Shown: in pieces, positions 20,285 through 30,939 of the stretch | Layout: each line of letters opens with the position of its first letter | How positions within the stretch are numbered: the stretch's first letter is position 1 | Assembly (NCBI GenBank): GCA_014444615.1 | Contig: PVXE01000003.1 | Span: 83,793-147,792, forward strand | Source: Tagaea sp. CACIAM 22H2 | GTDB lineage: Bacteria; Pseudomonadota; Alphaproteobacteria; CACIAM-22H2 | Direction: 5' to 3' | DNA: 64,000 nt | The notes under the pieces: model-generated | Told to the model about the DNA's origin: nothing | Databases searched by the model: none | What the model saw: the letters and a program-made list of their open reading frames with translations, nothing else | Translations under genes and position numbers: made by a program

Positions 20285-21538
20285 ATGAACGACAAACTGC
20301 GTCAGCTCGAATTCGACCCGCGGCTTGCCGGCATGCTGGGCGCCCTTGCCGCGATCTGGATCGGCTTCGATTTCCTGTCCGGCGGCGCGTTCTTGACCCC
20401 GCGCAATCTGTGGAATCTGTCGGTCCAGACCGCGTCGATCGCCATCATGGCCTGCGGCATGGTGCTGGTGATCGTCACCCGCAATATCGACCTGTCGGTC
20501 GGCGCGATGCTGGGCTTCGTGGGCATGATCATCGGCGTGCTGCAAGCGCGCCTGCTGCCCGAACTGATTGGTCTCGAACATCCCGCGACCTGGATCATCG
20601 CCGTGATCGCCGCGATCGCGACGGGTGCGGCGATCGGCCTGTTCCAGGGTGCTCTGATCGCCTATCTCGGCATTCCCTCGTTCATCGTGACGCTGGGCGG
20701 CTTGCTGGTCTGGCGCGGAGCGGCATGGTGGGTGACGCAAGGCCAGACCGTGGCGCCGCTCGACGGGCGGTTCCAGCGCATCGGGGGCGGGGCTACCGGC
20801 GCCGTCGGCGAGACAGCGACCTGGGCGATCGCCGTGATCGCCTGTGCCGCCATCGCGGCGGCGATGCATTACGCGCGCAACCGGCGCCGCAGCTTCGGGT
20901 TTCCCGTGCGGCCCACTTGGGCGCATATCGCCGTCATGCTGGCGGCCTGCGCCGCCGTGATCGGTGCCGCGTGGGTCGCCAATGCCTATGCCGTGCCGCC
21001 GGGCATTGCGCGCCGGTTGGTCGAAGAAGCCGGCGGCACCTGGCCCGCGGGCGGCGTGTTCATCGCGCATGGTTTCGCGATCCCGGTGTTGATCGCCATC
21101 GCCGCCGGAATCGCGACGACGTGGCTTGCCACGCGCACGCGCTTCGGGCGCTATGTCTTTGCGATCGGCGGCAATACGGAGGCCGCCGAACTCGCCGGTG
21201 TGGATACCAAGCGCACGCTGATGCTCGTCTTCGGCACGATGGGCGCCTTGTGCGGCATCGCGGCGTGCGTATCGGCCGCACGCCTCAACGCCGCGACCAA
21301 TGCGGCGGGCACGCTGGACGAGCTTTACGTAATCGCCGCCGCTGTTATCGGCGGCACGTCGCTGGCGGGCGGTATTGGCACGATCGCGGGCGCGATGCTG
21401 GGAGCGCTGGTCATGCAATCGCTGCAATCGGGCATGATCCTGCTGGGCGTCGATGCGCCCTTGCAGAACGTCGTGGTCGGCGGCGTGCTGGTGCTGGCCG
21501 TGTGGGTCGACGTCGTGTTCCGGCGGGGGATCAAATGA
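20285..21538 (+). CDS. sugar ABC transporter permease (XylH-like)
   Basis: 417 aa, about 10 TM segments, CUT2-family permease. Confidence 0.85.
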   Translation: MNDKLRQLEFDPRLAGMLGALAAIWIGFDFLSGGAFLTPRNLWNLSVQTASIAIMACGMVLVIVTRNIDLSVGAMLGFVGMIIGVLQARLLPELIGLEHPATWIIAVIAAIATGAAIGLFQGALIAYLGIPSFIVTLGGLLVWRGAAWWVTQGQTVAPLDGRFQRIGGGATGAVGETATWAIAVIACAAIAAAMHYARNRRRSFGFPVRPTWAHIAVMLAACAAVIGAAWVANAYAVPPGIARRLVEEAGGTWPAGGVFIAHGFAIPVLIAIAAGIATTWLATRTRFGRYVFAIGGNTEAAELAGVDTKRTLMLVFGTMGALCGIAACVSAARLNAATNAAGTLDELYVIAAAVIGGTSLAGGIGTIAGAMLGALVMQSLQSGMILLGVDAPLQNVVVGGVLVLAVWVDVVFRRGIK

Positions 21539-22305
21539 AGCCCAAGCTCGTGGAAATGCGCGACGTGTCGATCGCGTTTGGCGGCATCAAAGCCGTCGAC
21601 CGGGTGTCGGTCGATCTCGACGAAGGCGAGGTCGTCGCGTTGCTCGGCCATAACGGGGCGGGCAAGTCGACGCTGATCAAGATTCTGTCGGGTGCCTATC
21701 GCGCCGATTCGGGCGAGATCCGCGTGCGCGGCGAAACGGTCGATATCGCCAGCCCCCGCGACGCCAAACGCTATGGGATCGAAACGATCTATCAAACGCT
21801 GGCGCTGGCTGACAACGTCGACGCGGCGGCGAACGTGTTCCTGGGGCGCGAGCGCACGACGCGCTGGGGCACGTTGGACGACGCGACGATGGAAGCCGAA
21901 ACGCGCAAGGTGATGGCGCGGCTCAACCCGCATTTCCGCCGCTTCACCGAGCCAGTACGCGCCTTGTCGGGCGGCCAGCGCCAATCGGTTGCGATCGCGC
22001 GCGCGATCTATTTCGACGCGCGCGTGCTGATCATGGACGAGCCGACGGCCGCCCTTGGCCCCGCCGAAACGCGCCAAGTGGGCGATCTGGTCGGCGAGCT
22101 GAAGCGCCAAGGGATCGGCATTTTCCTGATCAGCCACGACATCCACGACGTGTTCGACCTCGCCGACCGCGTCGCGGTGATGAAAAACGGCAGGCTGGTC
22201 GGCACGGCACGCGTGGGCGACGTCACCAAGGACGAAGTCCTGGGCATGATCATTCTGGGCAAATGCCCGCCGGGCGCCGAGCCCGGCCCCGGCGCCGAAG
22301 CCTAA
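21535..22305 (+). CDS. sugar ABC transporter ATP-binding protein (single-domain, FrcA-like)
   Basis: 256 aa from MKPKLVEM; Walker [17 protein letters not shown] signature; ATGA overlap with permease. Confidence 0.85.
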   Translation: MKPKLVEMRDVSIAFGGIKAVDRVSVDLDEGEVVALLGHNGAGKSTLIKILSGAYRADSGEIRVRGETVDIASPRDAKRYGIETIYQTLALADNVDAAANVFLGRERTTRWGTLDDATMEAETRKVMARLNPHFRRFTEPVRALSGGQRQSVAIARAIYFDARVLIMDEPTAALGPAETRQVGDLVGELKRQGIGIFLISHDIHDVFDLADRVAVMKNGRLVGTARVGDVTKDEVLGMIILGKCPPGAEPGPGAEA

Positions 22306-23081
22306 GCGCGCAACGCGGCGACCGCCGCCGCCGCCATGCGCGCATCGCCCGCGGCGATCACGTAGCCGGGCGAATCGGTCGTCAGCGCCTTGCCCTGCCA
22401 ATCGTGGATCGTGCCGCCCGCCCCTTCGACCACCGGCACCAGCGCGGTGAAGTCGTAAATGCCGAGCCCCGCTTCGACGACGAGGTCCACGCCGCCGCGA
22501 GCAAGCAAGCCATAGGCATAGCAATCGCAGACCGGCAGCGGACGCTTCACGCGCTGGCGCAAGCGATCGAAAGCCGGGAAATTCGTGTCGTTCGATACCG
22601 GCACGGCCGAATAGAGCGAGGCGAGCGACAATTCCGGACAAGCGCGCGTCTTCACCTCGCGCGTACCCTTGGCGTCGGTGAAGCGCGTGGCTTGGCCCTT
22701 GGCGCCGATCCAGCGTTCGCCCAAAGCCGGGCAATCGATCACGCCCAGCGCGGGCTTGCCGTCGATGGCGAGGCCGATCAGCGTGCCGAACAGCGGATTG
22801 CCGCTGATGAAGGCCTTGGTGCCGTCGATGGGATCGAGCACCCACACGCGGCGCGCATCCGTGCGCTCGCGGCCGAACTCCTCGCCTAGAATCCCGTCGC
22901 CCGGGCGTTCCTTGGCGATCAATTCGCGCATCACCTTTTCCGCCGTGCGATCGGCGATCGTCACCGGCGACGCATCGTCCTTGTCGTCCACTTGAACGGC
23001 GGTGCGGAAATATGAGAGCGAAACCTTCGCGGCCGTTTCGGCCAAGCGATGGGCGAATTCGATATCGGCGGAATCGATCAT
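22302..23081 (-). CDS. inositol monophosphatase family protein (histidinol-phosphatase HisN-like)
   Basis: IMPase motifs DPIDGT and WDxxAG-like region; start set at MIDSADIEF. Confidence 0.75.
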   Translation of the reverse strand: MIDSADIEFAHRLAETAAKVSLSYFRTAVQVDDKDDASPVTIADRTAEKVMRELIAKERPGDGILGEEFGRERTDARRVWVLDPIDGTKAFISGNPLFGTLIGLAIDGKPALGVIDCPALGERWIGAKGQATRFTDAKGTREVKTRACPELSLASLYSAVPVSNDTNFPAFDRLRQRVKRPLPVCDCYAYGLLARGGVDLVVEAGLGIYDFTALVPVVEGAGGTIHDWQGKALTTDSPGYVIAAGDARMAAAAVAALRA

Positions 23082-23119
23082 GACGGGCGCACTATGACGC
23101 TTCGGCCCGCGCCCCCGCA

Positions 23120-23150
23120 AACGAAAAACCCGGACGCGAAGGTCCGGGTT
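23120..23150 (-). terminator. intrinsic terminator downstream of hbd
   Basis: ACCCGGAC..GTCCGGGT hairpin with adjacent A/T runs. Confidence 0.5.
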
Positions 23151-23175
23151 TCGTCGTTTCGCCGTGCGCCGAATG

Positions 23176-24051
23176 TCAGCGCGTCGGGACCGGCTTGGGG
23201 CCCGAATAATCGTAGAAACCGCGCTTGGTTTTGCGGCCGAGCCAGCCGGCTTCGACGTATTTCACCAGCAGCGGGCACGGGCGGTATTTGGAATCCGACA
23301 GGCCGTCGTACAGCACGTGCATGACGGCAAGGCAGGTGTCGAGACCGATGAAATCCGCCAGTTCCAGCGGGCCCATCGGATGGTTGGTGCCCAGCTTCAT
23401 CGCCGTGTCGATCGATTCGACCGAGCCCACGCCTTCGTACAGCGTATAGACGGCTTCGTTGATCATCGGCAGCAGAATGCGATTGACAATGAAGGCCGGA
23501 AAATCTTCGGCCGTCGCCGACGTCTTGCCGAGCTTGGCGGTAAGATCGCGGATCGCTTCGTAGGTTTCGTTCGACGTGGCGATGCCGCGGATGATCTCCA
23601 CCAGCTGCATCACCGGCACCGGGTTCATGAAATGCATCCCGATGAATTTCTCGGGCCGGTCGGTCGAAGCGCCCAGGCGCGTGATCGAAATCGACGAGGT
23701 GTTCGACGCGACCAAAGCTTCCTTCTTCAGCGCGGGGCAGAGCTTCTTGAAGATCTCGCGCTTGATCGCCTCGTTCTCGGTCGCGGCCTCGATGACGAGA
23801 TCGGCGTCGCCGAAAATCGCGTAATCGGTGCCGGTCTTGATCTTGCCGATCGCCTTGGCTTTGGCTTCCTCGGTCAAGGCGCCCTTCTTGATCTGACGGT
23901 CCATATTGGCCGTGATCGTCGCGATGGCCTTGCCCAGCGAGTCCGGGTTGGCGTCGAGCAGACGGATATCGAAGCCCGATTGGGCGGCGACATGCGCGAT
24001 GCCGTTGCCCATCTGGCCCGCACCGACGACGCCGATGATCTGGATGCCCAT
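23176..24051 (-). CDS. hbd: 3-hydroxybutyryl-CoA dehydrogenase
   Basis: 291 aa; NAD motif VVGAGQMGNGIA; 3-hydroxyacyl-CoA DH C-terminal domain. Confidence 0.85.
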   Translation of the reverse strand: MGIQIIGVVGAGQMGNGIAHVAAQSGFDIRLLDANPDSLGKAIATITANMDRQIKKGALTEEAKAKAIGKIKTGTDYAIFGDADLVIEAATENEAIKREIFKKLCPALKKEALVASNTSSISITRLGASTDRPEKFIGMHFMNPVPVMQLVEIIRGIATSNETYEAIRDLTAKLGKTSATAEDFPAFIVNRILLPMINEAVYTLYEGVGSVESIDTAMKLGTNHPMGPLELADFIGLDTCLAVMHVLYDGLSDSKYRPCPLLVKYVEAGWLGRKTKRGFYDYSGPKPVPTR

Positions 24052-24068
24052 GATCGATCCTTCCTGGG

Positions 24069-25013
24069 TTACTTCTTCGCCGGCAAAGCGGCGGTGAGCT
24101 CGGGGGCGAGCTTGAACAGATCGCCGACCAGGCCGTAATCGGCGACCTGGAAGATCGGCGCTTCTTCGTCCTTATTGATCGCGACGATGGTCTTGGACGC
24201 GGACATGCCGGCGAGATGCTGGATGGCGCCCGAAATACCGACGGCGACGTACAGATCCGGCGCCACCACCTTGCCGGTCTGGCCGACTTGGTAATCGTTG
24301 GGCGCGTAGCCCGCATCGACGGCGGCGCGCGAGGCGCCCACAGCCGCACCCAGCTTGTCGGCCAACGGCTCGATATAGGTTTTGAAGTTCTCGCCCGAGG
24401 CGAGGCCCCGCCCGCCCGACACGACGATGCGCGCGGCGGTGAGTTCCGGGCGTTCCGACTTCGTCAGCTCCTGGCCGACGAACTTGGACAGACCCGAATC
24501 AGCGGCACCCGACACGGCTTCGATCGCCGCCGAACCGCCCTCGGCGACCGCCGGCGGGAAGGCCGTGGTGCGCACGGTCAGCACCTTCATCGCGTCCTTC
24601 GAGCGCACGGTGGCGAGCGCGTTGCCCGCATAGATCGGGCGCACGAAGGTGTTGGCGTCGACCACGCCGACGATGTCGGAAATCTGCGCCACGTCCAGCA
24701 GCGCGGCGACGCGCGGCAGCGTGTTCTTGCCCTGCGCGGTCGCAGCCGAGACCACATGGGTGCGGCCCGCGGCGAGCTTGACGATCAGCGGCGCGAGATT
24801 TTCGGCAAGGGCGTTGGCGAGCGACGCATCGTCCGCATGCAGCACCTTGGCCACGCCAGCGATCTTCGCGGCGGCTTCGGCGATGGCAGCCGTGCCCGCA
24901 CCGGCGACGAGGATGTCGACCGGCCCGCCCAGCTTGGCGGCGGCCGAAACCGCGTGCAGCGTGGCGGGCTTCAGGCCCGAGGCGTCGTGATCGGCGAGAA
25001 CGAGAATCGACAT
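24069..25013 (-). CDS. etfA: electron transfer flavoprotein subunit alpha
   Basis: 314 aa; FAD-binding C-terminal domain motifs; follows etfB. Confidence 0.9.
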   Translation of the reverse strand: MSILVLADHDASGLKPATLHAVSAAAKLGGPVDILVAGAGTAAIAEAAAKIAGVAKVLHADDASLANALAENLAPLIVKLAAGRTHVVSAATAQGKNTLPRVAALLDVAQISDIVGVVDANTFVRPIYAGNALATVRSKDAMKVLTVRTTAFPPAVAEGGSAAIEAVSGAADSGLSKFVGQELTKSERPELTAARIVVSGGRGLASGENFKTYIEPLADKLGAAVGASRAAVDAGYAPNDYQVGQTGKVVAPDLYVAVGISGAIQHLAGMSASKTIVAINKDEEAPIFQVADYGLVGDLFKLAPELTAALPAKK

Positions 25014-25014
25014 A

Positions 25015-25764
25015 TCAGATCACCTTGGCTTCGGTCTGGAGCCGCTCGACGAGTGCCGCCACATCCGGCACCTTGATGCCGGCGGAACGCTTGGGCGGTT
25101 CTTCGACCGACAGCGTTTCCAAGCGCGGGGCCACGTCCACGCCCAGCGCGTCGGGCGTCAGCGTATCGATCGGCTTCTTCTTCGCCTTCATGATGTTGGG
25201 CAGCGAAGCGTAGCGCGGCTCGTTCAAGCGCAGATCGGTCGTGACGATCGCGGGCAGCTTGACGGCGATGGTTTCCAAACCGCCGTCCACTTCGCGCGTC
25301 ACGGTCATGTCGTCGCCGTCGATGGTCACTTTCGACGCGAAGGTCGCCTGCGGCCAGCCCAGCAACGCGGCCAGCATCTGGCCGGTCTGGTTGCTGTCGT
25401 CGTCGATCGCCTGCTTGCCGAGGATGACGAGCTTGGGCTGTTCCTTGTCGACCACGGCCTTCATCAGCTTGGCGACGGCGAGCGGCTGCAATTCCGCGTC
25501 CGACTGCACCAGCACGCCGCGATCGGCCCCCATCGCCAGCGCGGTGCGCAGCGTTTCCTGGGCTTGCGTCGGCCCCATCGACACGGCGACGATTTCCGTC
25601 GCCACGCCTTTTTCCTTGAGGCGGACCGCTTCTTCGACCCCGATCTCGTCGAACGGGTTCATCGACATTTTGACGTTGGCGAGCTCGACGCCCGTCTTGT
25701 CGGCCTTCACGCGGATCTTGACGTTGTAATCGACGACCCGCTTGACCGCGACTAGCACTTTCAT
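25015..25764 (-). CDS. etfB: electron transfer flavoprotein subunit beta
   Basis: 249 aa from [19 protein letters not shown]; track ORF has a 29-aa spurious extension. Confidence 0.9.
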   Translation of the reverse strand: MKVLVAVKRVVDYNVKIRVKADKTGVELANVKMSMNPFDEIGVEEAVRLKEKGVATEIVAVSMGPTQAQETLRTALAMGADRGVLVQSDAELQPLAVAKLMKAVVDKEQPKLVILGKQAIDDDSNQTGQMLAALLGWPQATFASKVTIDGDDMTVTREVDGGLETIAVKLPAIVTTDLRLNEPRYASLPNIMKAKKKPIDTLTPDALGVDVAPRLETLSVEEPPKRSAGIKVPDVAALVERLQTEAKVI

Positions 25765-25869
25765 TCCAGCGACTTCCCCGGATATTGCGAGAGGGTGCGC
25801 GACACTAGACCCCCGAAGTGCTTGGGTCAACGGAGCACGGCCGCACCGCAATACGGCGGTAAGTCGCTT

Positions 25870-27213
25870 TTATTGCTGGTCTTTCGTCGTATCGATCGCG
25901 ACAAAAGCGGGGGCGAGGCGCGCGGGCGCCGTCCAAGCCAGCTTGTCGAAGGCGCCGCAGCGCCGGCAGATCGCATGCCATTCGGCATGCGGATGGCCGC
26001 AGGAATCGCACGTCCATGCCGGATCGCCGGGCGCATCGGCCGCACGCGCGAGCCAGGATTTCGCCACGGCCGCATCGCCGCCGGATTCCTCTTCGATGCG
26101 CGCCATCAAACGGCACAGGCTAGCGCGGGGCTCGCCGCCCTCGGCATCGATCGCGGCTTGGGCATGGCGCTTGGCCTCGCCCCACAATTCGGCGGCGAGC
26201 GAGGCTTCCGCCAGGGCACCGTGCGAATAGGCATGCGCGGGTGCCAGCTTCGCCAGACGCTCCACCTGCTTGATCCATTGCAGCGCGTCGGGCACGGGCC
26301 GCGCCTTGCGATAGGCGTCGAGCAATTCGGGATGCGGGGCCCGCGTCCATTCCTTTTCGACCAGCGAGGCCGCCGCGCGCGCGCGCGCATCCTTGGCGTA
26401 GAGGGTCGCGAGCGTCGCCGCGATTTCCGGCCGATCGGGCGCAAGCTTGAACGCGCGCTCGGCCGCACGGACCGCTTCGCGCCGGTCGCCTTTCGCTTCG
26501 TGCTGACGGGCGGCTTCGTGCAACGCGGCGGCGCGCTTCCTGTCCGCATCCGGAGCAGGCAGCATTTGCTGGCGGCGCGCGGCGTCAATGGTCAGCGCCG
26601 CATCGTCCCAGCGCGCGGCCTTGGTTTCGAGGTCGATCAAGGCGCCCGACACCCAGGTCGCATCGGGGCGCAAATCGCGCGCGCGGCGCGCCAAGCCCAA
26701 GGCTTCGTCGTCGCGCCCTTCGCGCATCGCGATGGCGACAAGGCCGCGCAGCGCCGCAAATTCGGTCTCGGGTGCGGCGCGCATCGCTTCCAGATGTTTG
26801 CGCGCGGCGGCTTCGTCGCCCGCCAACTGGGCGGCTTGCGCCGACAACAACAACGACGCGGGCGGCGCACCCAGCAAGCGATCGGCCAACGCCGCTTCGC
26901 GCAAGGCCGAGCGCGGATCGCCCGCGGCGACTGCGACCAGCCCGCGCGTTAACGCCGCATAGCCATGCCGTTCGCGCCGCGCGTGGCGCCACATTTTAAT
27001 GCGCGTTGGCGTGCCCACGATCCAGCGCCAGATGCGATCGACGACGATCAGCGCGAAACCCGCGATCGCCGCAAGCAATGCCAGCGCGCCGAACGACGAA
27101 TCGAATCGCCAGCCGGCGAATTCCAACGTGGCGCGGCCGGGCGTGGCACCCAGCCACACCGCGGCGAGCATCGCCGCCAGCGCCAGAACCAGAATAACGA
27201 GGACGCGGCGCAT
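25870..27213 (-). CDS. hemY: HemY N-terminal-domain / TPR protein of heme-biosynthesis gene cluster
   Basis: 447 aa from MRRVLVILVL; N-terminal TM segments then TPR-like repeats and C-terminal Cys cluster CDSCGHPHAEWHAICRRCG. Confidence 0.75.
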   Translation of the reverse strand: MRRVLVILVLALAAMLAAVWLGATPGRATLEFAGWRFDSSFGALALLAAIAGFALIVVDRIWRWIVGTPTRIKMWRHARRERHGYAALTRGLVAVAAGDPRSALREAALADRLLGAPPASLLLSAQAAQLAGDEAAARKHLEAMRAAPETEFAALRGLVAIAMREGRDDEALGLARRARDLRPDATWVSGALIDLETKAARWDDAALTIDAARRQQMLPAPDADRKRAAALHEAARQHEAKGDRREAVRAAERAFKLAPDRPEIAATLATLYAKDARARAAASLVEKEWTRAPHPELLDAYRKARPVPDALQWIKQVERLAKLAPAHAYSHGALAEASLAAELWGEAKRHAQAAIDAEGGEPRASLCRLMARIEEESGGDAAVAKSWLARAADAPGDPAWTCDSCGHPHAEWHAICRRCGAFDKLAWTAPARLAPAFVAIDTTKDQQ

Positions 27214-27221
27214 AAGGGGCC

Positions 27222-28943
27222 TTACCCGCCCGACGCAAGGCGTTGCAGCGCCGCTTCGACCGCCAGCCGCGCGCGCGCGGCTTCCATCCATTCCGCCGCC
27301 GGGGCCAGCCATGCCGGACCGGGCGGATCGAGGGCGGCCAGCGCCCCCGGCAAATCTTCGACCGCCAAACGCGCTTCGGCGCGCGCCACGCGCGCGGTGG
27401 CGGAATCGCCCTCGATCTCGCCCACGCGGCGGATGGACAAGAAACGCTGCACGCGCTCCAACGCTTCGGCCAGAACCGGGGTGTCCGATGCCGCTTCCAC
27501 GCGCGCGGCGGCGACAACGGCATTGGCGATCGCGGGGAAGCGGCGCGCCAAACCGGCGCGCGTTTCCACGCCGCCCGAACGCGAATCCAATTGCTGTAGC
27601 AAAGGCGCCGCGTTCTCGGGCGCTAGGCCGCGCGCCAACGCCAATTCCGGCGCGAAGCCGCGCCCGGCGAGTGCGGCGTCGCGCAACTGCCCGACCGCGA
27701 GCAGGAATTCCGCGCGCTTCACGTCGGCGCGATCGCGCTCGCCGCCTTCGCGAATCGTCTGCGCTTCCGTACGGATCGAAGCCAGCGTTTGCGCGAGCTC
27801 GCGATTCTCCTGCGTCAGCCGCGCGATGGTTTCCGCCAAAGCGGGATCGGCGGCGGGGCGCTGTTCGAGCGTCGCCAAACGCCGTTCGAGCGGCGAAAGA
27901 TCGACCGGCGCGGCGGTTTGCGCCGGCGCCTGGATCGTCACCGTTTCGGGCGCCGGTTTGTTTTCGAGTGCTGTCAAACGCCGGTCGAGTGCGGCCAAGC
28001 GCAGATCGATCGCGCGCAGCGCCGTCGCGGATTCCGACGGCATCATCTGCGTCTGCCAATAGGTGAAGGCGAACGCGCCGGCCACGCCCACGACCAGCGC
28101 CACGGCGATGGCGCCGAGGGCGGGGCGTTTGGTTGCTGGCTTGGGATCGGGCATATCCGTCTCGATCTTGAAAGCTTGGGGCTTGGGCGCTTCTTGCGGC
28201 GGCATCTCCGCAGCCAAGGCATCGATGGTTTCGAGCAGCGCCGCTTCGGTCGGCTGGGATGCCGCGCGCTCCGACTTCCAGTGTGCCCCTTCGACCCGGG
28301 CGGCGTCGAGGGCGGCTTGCGACAACCCCAATGCCGAGACGTTCTTCAACGTATCGAGCAAATCCGCCTTGCGGACGAGTTGCACGAAGGTCGCGGCGGT
28401 GCGCGGGCTGAAGAACGTGATGGCGTCGAGCGCGCCGGATTTCAGCGCTTCGGCCGCCGCGTCGGGCAGATCGCGCGCGGTGTCCTGGCGATAGAGCTGC
28501 ACGCGGCGCACATCGTAGCGATCGCCGCCCAAATCGCCGGCAAGATCGCCCGCGACGGCCGAGCCGCTGACATGCAGCAACGCGCCCTCGCTGGGCGCCA
28601 AATTCATGCGCACGAGATTGGCAAGTGCCACCACATCGCCGCCCGCCGAATGCACGTCGCGGAAACCCATATCGCGCGCGGCCTGGGCGGTTGCATCGCC
28701 CACGCAATAGGCGGGCACGTGCCGCGCGGTCGAGACGCGCGCGAAGCTGCGCACGCCGTTGATCGAGGTGAACAACAACGCCTGCACGCCATCGAGATCG
28801 ACGCTTGCCGTTTCGTCCGGCACGATATCGAGCAGCGGTGCTTGAACCGCATCATGGCCGCGCATCGCCAGCGTCAACGCGAAGACCTCGCTTTCGCTGC
28901 GCGGGCGCGTGACCAGGATGGTAAGGCGGCGTTTCTCGGTCAT
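27222..28943 (-). CDS. hemD: uroporphyrinogen-III synthase (HemD) fused in frame to HemX/mitofilin-like membrane coiled-coil domain
   Basis: 573 aa from MTEKRRLTILVTRPR; HemD-like first 240 aa, then TM segment ALGAIAVALVVGVAGAFAF and Ala/Arg/Leu-rich coiled-coil C-terminus with no intervening stop; ATGA overlap with hemC. Confidence 0.65.
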   Translation of the reverse strand: MTEKRRLTILVTRPRSESEVFALTLAMRGHDAVQAPLLDIVPDETASVDLDGVQALLFTSINGVRSFARVSTARHVPAYCVGDATAQAARDMGFRDVHSAGGDVVALANLVRMNLAPSEGALLHVSGSAVAGDLAGDLGGDRYDVRRVQLYRQDTARDLPDAAAEALKSGALDAITFFSPRTAATFVQLVRKADLLDTLKNVSALGLSQAALDAARVEGAHWKSERAASQPTEAALLETIDALAAEMPPQEAPKPQAFKIETDMPDPKPATKRPALGAIAVALVVGVAGAFAFTYWQTQMMPSESATALRAIDLRLAALDRRLTALENKPAPETVTIQAPAQTAAPVDLSPLERRLATLEQRPAADPALAETIARLTQENRELAQTLASIRTEAQTIREGGERDRADVKRAEFLLAVGQLRDAALAGRGFAPELALARGLAPENAAPLLQQLDSRSGGVETRAGLARRFPAIANAVVAAARVEAASDTPVLAEALERVQRFLSIRRVGEIEGDSATARVARAEARLAVEDLPGALAALDPPGPAWLAPAAEWMEAARARLAVEAALQRLASGG

Positions 28944-29860
28944 ACGGCGAAATATCCCGGCCCCGCGCGATGCTTCAATTCTTCGCCCGCATCCCGGCCC
29001 AGCGCTTCGGCGTCGGCGATCCGGCCTTCGCGGAACGTGGTCAGCAAACCGGTTCCATCGGGGCGCACGACCAGACCGTCGAGCCGCAAGCCGCCTTTGC
29101 CGTCGAGGATCGCCAGCGCGCCGATCGGCGTGCGGCACGACCCATCCAAGCGTTCCAGCAGCCCGCGCTCGGCGCGCACGGCGATATGCGTATCGGCATG
29201 ATCGATCGCGGCAAGGCATTCGCGCGTGCGCGCATCGTCCAGGCGGCATTCGATCCCGACCGCCCCTTGCGCGACGGCGGGCAGCATTTCCGCGGGCTCC
29301 AAAATCGCGGAAACGACGCTGGCCTTGCCCAAACGCTTCAAACCCGCCAGCGCCAGGAACGTCGCGTCGGCGACGCCGTTGTTGAGCTTCTCGAGCCGCG
29401 TGTCGACATTGCCGCGGAACTCGACGATGCGGATATCCGGCCGCTTGGCGCGCAATTGCGCGGCACGGCGCAACGACGACGTGCCGACGACGCAACCTTG
29501 CGGCAAGGTCGCGAGCGTCTTGGCGCTTTCGCGCGCGATCAGCGCGTCGCGCGGATCTTCGCGCTTCAAAATCGCGACGATGCCGAGCCCGTCGGGCAAA
29601 TAGGTCGGCACGTCCTTCATCGAATGGACGGCGAGATCGATGTCGCGCGCCAGCAGCGCTTCCTCGATTTCCTTCGTGAACAGGCCCTTGCCGCCCGCTT
29701 CCGAAAGATTGCGGTCTTGGATGCGGTCGCCGGTCGTTTTGTAGATGCGGATTTCGACGACAATCGCCGGGAACGCTTCCGTCAGAAGGCGCTTGGTCTC
29801 GTGCGCTTGCCACAGGGCCAGCGGCGAGCCGCGCGTGCCGATTCGCAAAGTTTCCGTCAT
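28940..29860 (-). CDS. hemC: porphobilinogen deaminase (hydroxymethylbilane synthase)
   Basis: 306 aa; MTETLRIGTRGSPLALWQAHE..., dipyrromethane cofactor Cys region LDGSCRTPIGA. Confidence 0.9.
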   Translation of the reverse strand: MTETLRIGTRGSPLALWQAHETKRLLTEAFPAIVVEIRIYKTTGDRIQDRNLSEAGGKGLFTKEIEEALLARDIDLAVHSMKDVPTYLPDGLGIVAILKREDPRDALIARESAKTLATLPQGCVVGTSSLRRAAQLRAKRPDIRIVEFRGNVDTRLEKLNNGVADATFLALAGLKRLGKASVVSAILEPAEMLPAVAQGAVGIECRLDDARTRECLAAIDHADTHIAVRAERGLLERLDGSCRTPIGALAILDGKGGLRLDGLVVRPDGTGLLTTFREGRIADAEALGRDAGEELKHRAGPGYFAV

Positions 29861-29919
29861 GCGTCCCCAGCCTTGCTTTCATTCTTTATCGCAAGGGACC
29901 GGTCGGCTACACAAGCGCC

Positions 29920-30939
29920 ATGACTTTGGTCCTGGGTATCGAGACAAGCTGCGACGAAACGGCCGCCGCCCTGGTCGATTCGAACAAAACGCTGCGCGCG
30001 CAGAAATTGGCGAGCCAGATCCGCGCCCACGCGCCCTATGGCGGAATCGTGCCGGAAGTGGCCGCGCGCGCGCATTTGGCCGTTCTCGAAGACCTGGTGC
30101 GCGATGCGCTGGCCGAGGCGAAGGCCGATTGGCAGGATATCGACGCCATCGCCGCGACCACCGGCCCCGGCCTGATCGGCGGCGTGATCGTCGGCGCCAC
30201 CTTCGCCAAAGCCGCCGCGATGGCGCGGGGCTTGCCCTTCGTGGCTGTGAACCATCTCGAGGGTCATGCGCTGTCGCCGCGTTTGATCGCCGACGTGCCC
30301 TTCCCCTATTTGCTGCTGCTCGTTTCCGGCGGGCATTGCCAGTTGCTGATCGTCGAGGGCGTGGGCCAATACACGCGCCTGGGCACGACGCTGGACGACG
30401 CCGTGGGCGAAGCTTTCGACAAGGTCGCGAAGCTGCTGGGCTTGCCCTATCCCGGCGGGCCGGCGATCGAAAAGCTGGCGCGCGACGGCGACGCCAAGGC
30501 TTTCGATCTGCCGCGCCCGTTGAAGGGCCGCAAAGGCTGCGACTTTTCCTTCGCCGGGTTGAAGACCGCCGTGCGCAACGTGCTCGACAAAACGCCGGAC
30601 GCGAACGCCGCCGATCTTGCCGCCGCGTTCCAAATGGCGGTCGCCGATACGCTGGCCGATCGCACGCAAAACGCGATCGACGCGTTCTTGAACAAATACC
30701 CGCACGGCAAGCATTTGGTCGTCGCGGGCGGCGTGGCCGCCAATAACGCGCTGAAAGAACGTCTTGCGCGCGTCGCGAACAAGGCGGGGCTCGACCTTGT
30801 CGCCCCGCCGGTCAGCTTGTGCACCGACAATGCGGCGATGATCGCCTGGGCGGGGCTGGAGCGTTTCGTGCTCGGCGCCAACGATCCGCTCGATTTTCCC
30901 TGCCGGCCGCGCTGGCCTTTGGATCCGAAAGCCGCATGA
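29920..30939 (+). CDS. tsaD: tRNA N6-adenosine threonylcarbamoyltransferase TsaD
   Basis: 339 aa; LGIETSCDETAAAL and HLEGH metal motifs. Confidence 0.9.
   Translation: MTLVLGIETSCDETAAALVDSNKTLRAQKLASQIRAHAPYGGIVPEVAARAHLAVLEDLVRDALAEAKADWQDIDAIAATTGPGLIGGVIVGATFAKAAAMARGLPFVAVNHLEGHALSPRLIADVPFPYLLLLVSGGHCQLLIVEGVGQYTRLGTTLDDAVGEAFDKVAKLLGLPYPGGPAIEKLARDGDAKAFDLPRPLKGRKGCDFSFAGLKTAVRNVLDKTPDANAADLAAAFQMAVADTLADRTQNAIDAFLNKYPHGKHLVVAGGVAANNALKERLARVANKAGLDLVAPPVSLCTDNAAMIAWAGLERFVLGANDPLDFPCRPRWPLDPKAA

Noticed and set aside
25870-28707. 945-aa and 886-aa minus-strand track ORFs
   Set aside because: These are not single giant genes. Each contains a spurious 5' extension running through the upstream gene in another frame. 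I trimmed them to the homology-supported starts (hemY 27213; hemD fusion 28943).
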